DNA from: Klebsormidium nitens
Lineage: Eukaryota; Plantae; Klebsormidiophyceae
Direction of reading: 5' to 3'
DNA length: 38,822 nucleotides
Assembly: GCA_000708835.1 (NCBI GenBank)
Contig: DF237686.1
Location: 1-38,822 of the forward strand
Below are positions 26,496 through 36,938 of this stretch, piece by piece. Numbering within the stretch: the stretch's first letter is position 1; each line of letters begins with the position of its first letter. The notes below the pieces were generated by a model. The model searched no databases. It worked only from the letters and a program-made list of their open reading frames with translations, and had not been told where the DNA came from. Both the position numbers and the translations under genes were made by a program.

Positions 26496-29400
26496 ATGAT
26501 CCATCTGCATCGGCTGCGCGCAAGGATGGCGGAAGCCACTGCGTCGGCGTGCAAGGCGACCTCTGCTGCGGCCGAGGCTCCACCAGGGCGGGCCGGCCCG
26601 CAAATGGCCGCGGGTGGCCCGGCCGCTGAGGCCGTCTCTATGGCTGCGGCAGAGCCAGAGCTGCTGGCCCAGCCCTCTGAAATGGACTCTTCGGGAATCA
26701 GTTGGGTTCAGAAGTGGACGAGGTGGCGGCCAACATCCGAGAAGGAGCTTCTGAGGGCGGAGCAGAAACTGTTCACATTGGTCAAGTGAGTGGAATCTTG
26801 AAGGACAGTGCACAGAAAGATCACGTCGGCTTTCTGTTTTCACAGGGGTCGACGGTCATGTAGAATCTATAGTCAGAGCCGCTTCAAGCCTATCATTTCA
26901 GCTGCTGGAATGGAGTCAGAAAATCTCAACGGTCAGGTTTTTGGCAGCTTGGGATCAACGATTCTACCAGCGCTCTTTTGGATTCAGCTGCTAGATTTGA
27001 TCATGGTCGAATAAAACCCCATGCAGAAGTTGCAAGCTAACGGCATTTGTTAGTGGAAAGAAGGTATCAGTCTGGATTCCACTGCGGAAGTCCTGGAGCT
27101 TTTACCTAGATCTTGTATGATTACCTAGATCTTGTATGAATGCAGTTTCACTGCTAAATGCGACTTGTACTGACTGCAGGACCCCAGTGCGACAATTCCA
27201 TGTGCCAGTCCCTCCGCCCCTCCCGCTGCAGTCAAAACTTCTTTCCCCCAGCTCATGGTTCAGGGAACGCAACCCCACCTATCAAATGCGGACCGCCACG
27301 ATAGACTCCTCTAATCCCTCCGCGCCAACTCTTGTTGTCACCCATGGTTACGGAGCCGCCCTTGGCTTCTACTTCAGGTCAGCCTAGGATTGTCATTTGG
27401 CTGGTGTTGCCGTATGTATTTCTGGATATCTGAAAGTGCGAAGGAGAGTCTGGGATTCACATTGTTCTGCGGTTTGCATGTGTATTCGCATAAAGAACCG
27501 ACTGAGACATCCAGTAGCAGGGATTCGACATTTGGAATGCCAATGGCTGTTCCATTCAGAGTCATCAGCAGCCCCGTCAGAAGTTTTGCAAATGGCAGAA
27601 GGCCGCTGATCTTGGTTACATATTTGGATTGCTGTGTGTCCATTATAATCTGGATGTGTTGAGCTGGCCCTGATCCTTTCTCATGATCTTTTCTGCAGGA
27701 ACTTTGACGTCCTTGGCAAGTATTTCAAGGTACACGCAGTGGACATGCTTGGGTGGGGAGCTTCTAGCCGGCCAGAGTTCACACCAAGGACAACAGAAGG
27801 TGAGGCCGCAAAGTGGCGTGCCAAATTGTTTTTTTGGTTCAGTGACCGGTCGTCGCCCGAGATTGGCTCCATTAGCCACATCAACGCCCTTCTAAGCCTT
27901 GGGAAGCTGGAGTGCCAAATTCAAATCTCTGATCTGTGTTCTTCTCAGAAAGGGTCCTGAGGATCTCGTTCAATCTTCTAACGATAGTAGAAGTCACTGA
28001 ACCTGATTTCACTTGGACACATCTTCACGGTCTTCCGCGTCAGAATAGAACGCTCTCTGAACCTGTGTGAGATCGCAGCTGGTCGCTGCAGCTGGTCGTC
28101 GTAGCTTGCATCAAACTCCTGGCTCCAGCAAACGCTGAGGAACAGGCGATAAATCCGGACGTTCCGCTGCAGAGACGGAAGCTTTCTTCATCGACTCCCT
28201 GGAAGAGTGGCGGAAGGCGATGAAGATCGACAAGATGGTGCTCATGGGGCACTCCTTTGGGGGATACATGTCCGCCCAATATGCGCTCAAGGTAGGATCC
28301 ATATACTTCTGTTTGACTAGCAAGCAACGTCTCCTGTGGTTTTCAAGGTGGCGGGGGTGCCAGTGCCCAAGATTCCATCATTCTTTGCACATGCTCGAGA
28401 ATCATGCCCTGCAGTCACTCGCTCCGATGTTTACACAGGTTTGGCACGAGCTTGAATCCAGGAACCGAAGTGAGGTGTAGCATCCCTCTCCCCACTACTC
28501 AAATCATTCCCATCCACTGGAAAGTCGTCACTTTGTACGGTCACAAAGATTGCTGTGTCGTTTAGCGCGCCGGAAAAAAGTTCTGTAACTTTTCATAGCT
28601 CTGGGGACCCTAAAGGGTTAGGCAGCCGTTAATCCATTTTGTGCCGTTTCGTTTCTTCCCCAGTACCCCGAGAACATCCAGCACCTCATTCTAGTTGGGT
28701 GTGCCGGCGTGGGCCATGCGGGCGAGACGCTGGAAAACTTCAAGAAGACCTGGAAGGGATCCCTATCCAATTTCATCTGGGAGCGGAATGTCACACCGCA
28801 GGGCTTCATCAGGTAAACGACTTGGTATTGACTGACTGGCACTCTTTTCTGGGTTTCGCGTGGAGATTGGGGCTCCTTCCAAAAGGGCACATGCGGGCTC
28901 GTTCTGCGACCGTTCCCCCATGAAAGTTGATGAAGGGTCGATTGCAGGAACGTCTTCGACGAGGTTAGTACGACGGTAACGTCACCTCATTGTGCTGCCC
29001 ATTCGATTGAACATCCCCGCCTCGAGCAAAGGCCACCGTACGAGTTCTTTGCAAGACAGCCAATCTCAGACTTTGAAGGCTTTAAGACATTCGATGACCC
29101 TCAACATCACGGAGTCGGCCTCACTGAGTCGGCCTTTCACAAAGCATTTCTGTTCAGAGGCTTCTACAGGAAGTTTGCCAAGCAAGGTGCTTGATTGTTC
29201 TCTTCCAATAAACCGCTTTCTGAAGCACCCAGCTACCTTAAGATCATGTTTAGAGGCTTCTACCTCTCAATCTGCGCTTATCTCTTATCCTTCCTGTGAC
29301 GAGATACTCTGTTAACCTACTGTTGTTAAACAGACTGATGATTTTCGGATAGATTCCCCAGCTAACGAGAAGTTTTGAGCGCACGCCCTACGATCGCCTG

Positions 29401-31263
29401 TTAACAGGCGTTTCGAAGCCATGTTTTAAGACGGAATGACTGTCACCTCTTCTCGCGTGGTCGTCAGTCGCTATTTCGTCTTACAGGATTGGCCCAACGA
29501 TTCAGTAGGACAGTTTGCGTTGGCAACTACACGGATAAGTGCGGAGAGCCTTGGGGTTGAGCTCCACAACCCGCTTTCAACATTCTCACCCTTTTGGTGG
29601 TTTATTTAGACTGGCCTGCCCCTGGTTTGGGACTGCGTCTCTTGCAACAATACCGGCCAGCCTCTAGAAACACTCGCCAGATGCGGAAACGCACCTCGTC
29701 CCGAGCTCTCTGAAGTACCCGAACCTTCTTTCAAAGTTCTGTAATCTGACCGCTTGTGTTTGCCATTGCAGGTCAATCGGCCCCATGGGCCCACGCTTTG
29801 TGCGCGGCTACACGAGCGTACGCTTTGGGAGCCGCGCGCAGGGGGAGCCCTTCACGGAAGAAGAGCGGCAGCTGTTCACCGAGTACATGTACCATACCAT
29901 TGCGGCGCGCGGGAGCGGCGAGCTCGCGCTGAAGCACATCTTCCAGCTGGGGGCATATGCTAGGCAGCCGCTTCTTGACAAGTGAGTTTGGAATGGTTGA
30001 GATTACTAGAACGGTTATATCTACCACCGCAAAAATTCGCGGGAATTGGGCTATGAAACTAAAATCCTAGGGTATATAAAGCCCGTCCCTTTGGGCCCTG
30101 CTGATGTCAAGAAGCTCTCTTTGGTTCGATCATAAGAGTCTCTGGGTCTTCTGATCTTTTGGGGACAAGTGACTCTGGATTTATTGAGGTTCTGGAGCCC
30201 GTCCCTTTGGGCCCTGCTGATGTGAAAAAGCTTCTTTGGTTCACTAATGAGATTCTCGGGGATTTTCCTCTTGGGGAGCTGCTGCTGGACAGGTGAATGG
30301 GGGTCGCGGCCTGCTGGTTTTGACGACAAAGTTTGCTTCTCTCACAGAGCTCAGGAAAGTCGACCCCGCTGATCGTGCATCATTTGTTCGGGTTGGCGGG
30401 AGGTCTTGGATGGTTCCCGAATGTGCTGACCTCGCGTTGGCTCATATAACCAGAGTGATATCAGCATGACGATCGCCTGCGGGTGTAAGTAGCAATTAGT
30501 TGGTCATACATCCTTTGCTTTGGTACAAGTGTTCTTCTATTGACTCATCTGCGCATCCGGTCTGAAAAAGTGGTTTGTTTGCGCTTGGCTAAGCGCACGG
30601 GTCAGAAACATTGGGTCAAATGCAGATTAGTTACAGTAAGGGGAAGTCTTCTGGTGAGGTGATGGAACGCGAGCTCGAGATTAAAACTCTCTCGGGACCT
30701 GGTTCGATGAGCTTACTGTGGGACTGGGCAGAGAATTTGCTAGCCTTGTATGGTTATGCGATGCTTCGTTGGCAGTCGCTTGTCTGGACCGCGCTCATCC
30801 TCGATTGCTTGCGTGCAGAGTGGCCGAGTTGAAAGTACCGACGACATTCATTTACGGCATGCAAGACTGGATGGACTACCGGGCTGGCGAGTTGGCGACC
30901 AAACTGATGACCGTTCCTTCAGAAGTCATCCGAGTACCAACGGCGGGGCACTATGTGTTCATGGACAACGCACCGGGTTTCCATGCGGCCGTCTTGACGG
31001 CGTGCAGAACGTTTGTGGATATCGACGGGAAAGAGAAGATAGCTTTCGCAGAAGCGTCGCGAAAGGTAACGGAAGAATTTGAGGCAAGGCAAGCGGAGGC
31101 GGCTGCAAAAGAGCAGGCAGCACGAGTGGCAAAAGCGAGGCACAATATGGAGGGCGGGGAAGAACTAGATGCAGTTTACGACAAACGGCCGGCGCTTGCG
31201 AAGTTTTTCCGCCCGTACTACGGGGAAGTTGGGACGTCAAAAGCGGAGCCCGCCGTAGCTTAG
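26496..31263 (+). CDS. CGI-58: CGI-58/ABHD5-like alpha/beta hydrolase (putative lipase / lysophosphatidic acid acyltransferase), 7 exons, 493 aa from ATG 26526 or 503 aa from ATG 26496
   Basis: Exons 26496(or 26526)-26785, 27180-27377, 27699-27799, 28173-28291, 28664-28812, 29772-29981, 30819-31263 (GT-AG, phases match). Motifs: RWRPTSEKELLRAEQKL, PTLVVTHGYGAALGFYFR|NFD, VDMLGWGASSRP, MGHSFGGY (GXSXG), GELALKHIF, KVPTTFIYGMQDWM, AGHYVFMDN (HX4D acyltransferase motif). Confidence 0.92.
27102..27139. repeat. 19-bp perfect tandem duplication (ttacctagatcttgtatga x2) in CGI-58-like intron 1
   Basis: Read directly from the sequence: 27102-27120 and 27121-27139. Confidence 0.92.
30080..30297. repeat. 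Degenerate ~116-bp tandem repeat in CGI-58-like intron 6
   Basis: The 28-bp block agcccgtccctttgggccctgctgatgt is identical at 30080-30107 and 30196-30223, followed by about 20 bp of near identity and weaker similarity beyond. Confidence 0.85.
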
Positions 31264-32618
31264 CAGCAGTAGATCAAAAGTGCAAAGTATCTTTGGCCTG
31301 AGGTAGCCAAACACGTACATATTCACCCTAAGAGACAAGATTCATGGCTCGTCATGATTCGACGGTGTTACCGTCCTATGCAACCAGCGCAAGCCGAAGG
31401 ATTGCCTATCTTCTTGCTTATGTAAACGTGCACGCAGAACTTATACACGAGCAAATTGACTGCAACGGACGGTCATCCACGGAACGTGAGCCCCTCGTAT
31501 ATGCATATACATGTGAGATATTGACGGTACGTGCCCAATCCAGCTTTCTTTGGATCGGTCGATCACTTATGTTTGTCACTGGCTCGTTGCTAGCTGTGCA
31601 CCGGACTTTTGATATGCACTATATTGAACAGAAAAAGATCACCCGCGAGAAATGTTTAATGCTGCGCCATTTATACACAGTCGACGCGTCATGCGCGCCA
31701 GATCGATTTGAAAGCAAGTGGAATGATCATGAGACGGGAGTCCTCTACATTCGCGCTTCGGTGCATATATCGATTGCAGTACGTATACTGCATGACGGTC
31801 ACTAAAATTTGCAGCTTTCCGCCGTACAATACGCCCGGCGGCCTTGCAATTGCTTCTAAATTAACCAATTGATCTTTACAAAGCCTATCTGAGACGCGGT
31901 ACTGCGCAATTCATTGCTTAGTGACGCCATGATCCGTTGTACTGTCAGTGTCGCATGTGCGCAGCCGTTATGCACGCCATGATGCAGGTGCGGCCGAAGA
32001 TAAGCTGCCTCTGACGTACTTCGTACGCTTCATATGCTCCCAATGGCCTGGCCGGCGTTGTTGAGAGTGACGGTCACGTACGGTCTTAGTTCGATGCGAA
32101 TAGCCCTGAGCTTAGTACCCATTTCAATATCAAAAAGGGAGAGTTGAACCGGTCACCGAGATTTTCAATGATCAATATACATGTCTGCTGATTGAGCACT
32201 AATCGAGAGTTGAAAAACGATATCCCGCGCGCTGATGCTGCAATGGCAGCTGACAACGATTGTGAATCACAAGTTAAGCTTTCCAAGTCCTGGTTCCGTT
32301 CTTCAATTGACCTTATCAGTAACTCAGCTCTTACGTGCCACTCAAGGCCCTCTCCTATGCACAAGTTTCGTTTGGTGATCGAGCATACAGTGCATTAGAG
32401 GTCTCAGCAATATGATATCATGATGTACTTAGCGGCCTAGCAAACTTACCATCAGGCTACGAGGCTTGCCAATGGTCATGCAGGACTGATCACTCTGTCC
32501 GAAGTCTGCGGTGCCAAACAGTCGACATTCTTGTAGCAGCAAATTTTGTTTCGTCCACAACTCCGCAAGACCCTGGAAGGTCTTTGTTGGCCGCCAGACA
32601 CGCATTTGGTCACTTCAA

Positions 32619-34400
32619 CTAGGTTGCGTAGCAGCTGAAATACGACGGCAGTGAGTCCCACGGGTTCCCATCCGCTCCGTCATTGGTGACGTAACAATAG
32701 TCATAACCGGCCGCTGCGCACTGGTTGACGATGGAAACGTAGTTGGTGACGTTGGTCGACTGGCAAACCATGGCTGCAATCTTGGCGCGGCAGGGGCTGC
32801 ACGTGTTGGTGTCATTTTGATTTGGATTGGGGACGTACGGCTTGGCCCCGGGATAAGCTCCCGTGCAGAAAATGACGTCGGTGTGTGCCGTGGTAAAGAA
32901 AGGGATGGGGCACCTGAAGAGACCGGGGATCAGGATGCGACTCGGAGCTGCAGACCTGATACGGAGAATGTCAGCAACGAATGACTGAGGAGAGCGAATC
33001 AGACGCTGCAAACTCTGACGGATGCGGTTGGCGATCAATCAATCTAGAGCGTTGTAGACGGGCGGATCCGGAATCAATGCAAAGAGCTTGAGAGAGCTCT
33101 TAAGGGGACAGAATAGCTGAAAGGAGCCGGAGCTCTGAAAGGAAATGCCTCTCCTCAAAAAGCTAGCAAAAGAGCTCTGCGAAAAGGAGCTAAATTAGGA
33201 TTTAACGGAAGAGCATGTGTCTTACATGCCGTGATAGATGGCGTTAGCGACCCAGTTGCCCGCGGTCTGTTCGAACCCGACCACGATCTCGAAGAGGTCA
33301 GTCATGGACGCCTCGAATCTGCCACCCGGGTTAAGCACCCGGGTTCCAGTCACCAGGGCCGCCACATCTTCATAGTAGCTCTTGTCGTAATCGGCACCGC
33401 CCGGGCCCGGGTTGTACTGCAAAGCAGGCCAATGAAGAATTTTGCGGTTTTGAATTGAGTCTAAAACTGACCGGGCGCCAGCCGGGGAAACGGTTCGATT
33501 CGTCGTCAGCCACCACTTTCTGATGGATCGCCCAGCTCTTATCACGACGACAGGTTTGGAAGCGACTCAATAACTGTGGGTGCAGCTCATGACCGAAAGA
33601 CTGCCATGAATTCTCGCTCTAGGAGTTGTGGTGGCTGCCAGCCGTCTAGATCTTAACGTACTTCAGTTCAACGCCAGACCCACATTGAGGTTATTCTGGA
33701 TTCTGGCGTGTCTACTCACAAATCCAACGGCTGGCTGAGGCATCAGAACAGACCGTGAAAGCAAGCTTTTTTGACAGCCCTTTGATCTTAAAGTTCGAAG
33801 ACGCTTTTTTGCTCAACCTGGTTGGGCGAACTTTCCTCTAAGAGTCTCAGAGAAAGTTCTGGGCTTGCAGTTGAGACCACTCGCACATACTGATCCCGCA
33901 GGTTGATCTACTTTCAAGCAGACGCCAACAGTCGCACAGGAAGTTTTGGCTGCCAACCAGGCTGACTACCAGACTTAACACTCGGGTTATTGGACAATTG
34001 ACCGGGCTTTAACCTTGTTTAGGGGCTGGTGAACGCGTAAGTCTGGTTGCTGGACGTATGACCAGTTTCTAACCAGCCCAGAACCGTCCATGCTTAAGGA
34101 CCAAAACTTCCTGTGTCGGAAGGGTTACCGACTGCGCGGCCTGCTTACCCAGGTCGTTCCCTCGTCGAAGAAAACCCCATCCAACACCGGGAAATTCCTA
34201 GCATAAAGCTGGTACTCTGCTTGGACGGCAGAGACCGGCTTGCCGGTGTGCGTGGTCGCAATGTAACCCAAAACCTTAACCCCCCTTGCCCGCAGCTTGG
34301 TGATGCACGGGCTGTATGCAGCGCTAAGTGTACGGCGCACGGTACCCCTTGCGCACCTCTTGTGGTTTACGTGGATCGCCGTGTAAGAGACTATATGCAA
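32619..34400 (-). CDS. Spherulin-4-like glycoside hydrolase (GH135/Sph3 type), copy A; 5' end unresolved
   Basis: Exons <=34400-34149, 33226-33416, 32619-32913 splice in frame. Motifs: KLRARGVKVLGYIATT, LDGVFFDE, VLNPGG, VVGFE, KIAAMV, GYDYCYVTNDG..NPWDSLPSY, typical of the spherulin-4 family. The frame begins at a TTG and no in-frame ATG was found. Confidence 0.75.
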
Positions 34401-36938
34401 AGGCTGGGAGACTGTGAGCTGATTTGTGCCAACTTGAAGTTGCGGGGGCAGATACAGGAACGTTCGGAAAAGGTCATGAGAATGAGGTCGTGAAGATGCG
34501 AAGTTGGGATGAATGAGCGGAGTGCAAGCTGGAGAGGATGGCCGTTGCTATATGTAAATGTTGAGAAGGTCGACGCGCGCGATCAGTGATGCGCGTATAT
34601 ATCAGCCGTTTTGAAGCCCATTTTTGCGACCCTTCATCCGGATATTCGCTCCGGTCTGTTCGAGACCGTTTCTGTCTCGAGAGCTTTTCAAACCTTGTAA
34701 CTCACTGACGGCGTCTCGAAAACGGCCCTTTAAGACTGAATGGTTTTCGAACTGTTCAGCCAGGCCGTTTGAGACCAGCAAAGTCTTGCGAGGCGTGAGC
34801 TTTGAGACTCACCCGTCCTCACTTTGGAGACCACCTTGATGTCAAAGCGATGTTCTCGAAAAGATATAATGGATTCTGGACTTACTTACGATCGTCCCGG
34901 GAAGACCGAGCCTCGACCAAGGCCCTCTGGATGGTATCATCTGTACATTTGTGTCGTCCGAAGGACGTGTTAGAATCTGCACTACGTCTTGGAGGAGGCT
35001 GCGCCGCCGGGCCGGCGCGCGGTCCATACGACCCGGCAGCCCCCGCGGCGCGGCCGCGGCCTGGGCGGCCGCCAGGCCCGACGAGAGAGACGCGCAGAGA
35101 AAGGAGCTGATTGGCAAAGTTAAGACGTAAGATGGGGCTTTCTGTAAATGCGCGGGGCTGGCCCCACGATGGGTACCAGCAGGACACCAGAATCGGAGCG
35201 AACCCCAAAGTCTCGCTTCAAGTCACCCCCAAGGTAACTCGAATTTGACGTCCAATTTCTCCTTCACGCACGCAAAAATTGAAAAAAGTACTTGGATGTC
35301 AGAATCGAAGCCGCTTAGAACCCAAGCAGAGTGGGCAGCCAGCTTTCGTATCTCCGCGAGACGGCGCCCGCAACAACGAAGCAGCGGAGCTGGGTCTAGC
35401 AAGGCCTCTGGCCACGGTAAAACCAGACATCCGGAAAAGTTGTCGAAGGGCGCCCGTAATGCTTTGGTGAATCTGAAAAGCGGGTGGCGCTCTCGTCTGC
35501 CGGTGCAGTACCGGAACGGGAACGGGCCGGAACGGATCAGCTGAATGTCAAGGAGTCCGCAGAGCATACCGGATTATAGTTCTCCGACCGGCTGTGCGCG
35601 CGCGCAGTACGGCGCGTCGCCCGCGGGGTTTTCGGACGCGTACGCGTGTCGCGGTCATGGTGCAAGGCCGGCGTCCGCGCTGCCGCACCTGGGCGTCCGG
35701 ATCGAGAATGGATACGCGGAACGGAAGCCACTTTATTGCAGACGAGACGAGCTCCAACAGTCGCTCTACCGCTCAGGAAGAGGATGCAATTCAGCCGGCT
35801 GCGGTGCTCAGTCCTCCACGTGCGCCCGTGCTTTCTCTCACCTCACCGCCCCTCCAGTGTGCTTCTGAAGGCAAGCTTTGCCGTCAACAGCTAACCCCGG
35901 CGCGACTCTTCGACCACGCAGTCGAAAGAGGAAGTGGGTCCATATAGCAGCAGTCTGCGGCACCAGAAGATGGTGGTTGGCCGGAAAGGAGCGAGTTGGA
36001 AAGGCGGACAGGGGTTGAGACGGGAGATAAATAGGTCTTCGGAATCACATGGATTGTGTTGGATTACACGGCTGAAAAAATTCAACGCATTGCAAGGTTA
36101 TGGGATCTGAAGCGGACAATCAAGGAGGTATGAAAGGCTTGAGGCAAGGAAGGGTAGCCCCATTCAAGTGGGGGACTCAACATGCTTTAAGCCCCAGTCC
36201 ACCGGTGAGCTTGTCACGTTATGCGTCTAGTAAGCTTGCAGCAGAGTGTCACACTGCAAAATGCGAGTGCTCGTCTTTTGGATGCCAGTACCTATGTCTC
36301 TACCGTTCGCAACCACGAGTAGAATTTTCACTGCATAGGACTAGTATGATTGAGCCTCTGATATGGATCAAAGCAATCGTCAGACCTACTCTCGGGTCCG
36401 GCGACAGAAGCCAACCCCGGGCCAGCGCTTACAAGGGAGGTTTCAAGTTCTCCGACGCACCTATGTTGTGTTTCGTGCACTGAACGTCCCAGCCCGTGAG
36501 CTGGTCACTAAGCTACAATACTCGTGTGCTGATCGAGACAGTGCAACTTCGGCCAATCATGGTACGATCTACAGGATACACATGGTCGGTTAGCTTCCAA
36601 ACATGCTCCTACTTGTATCTCACTGGATCCTGCATACCAGAATTCTTCTCAACCCTTACAGGCCATTTACCGACGTTCTATTCGTACACAAAGTCCTGCT
36701 CGTCGAGCTTACAGAGTAGCGGTCAATCCAATACTGACTTAAGTTAGCGGCCCAGCAAATGTATCATCGTGCATCAAGACTGTCAAGAGGTTCACGACAG
36801 AAAACATTGTCAGTGCGGTGCAGACATCTGACAATATTACAGCAACGACAATTTAACACGAGTCTCTCTCAAAACTGCCGAAACCTATAACGCCTCCAGT
36901 CGCGTGGCCGCCAGCTGGCATCCCATTTGTCCGCCCAA

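Noticed and set aside
31344-31805. 153-aa plus-strand ORF after the CGI-58-like stop
   Set aside because: It lies in an AT/palindrome-rich 3' flank, with atypical codon use and no motif.
32590-32621. Similarity between the spherulin copies extending past the TAG (ACC TAG TTG...), suggesting stop readthrough
   Set aside because: Copy A would hit TGA two codons later. Residual similarity from the duplication explains it.
34650-34835. Cluster of gagac/gtctc and tttcga-like words upstream of spherulin copy A
   Set aside because: There is no regular spacing or long repeat unit, so it is not a CRISPR-like or satellite array.
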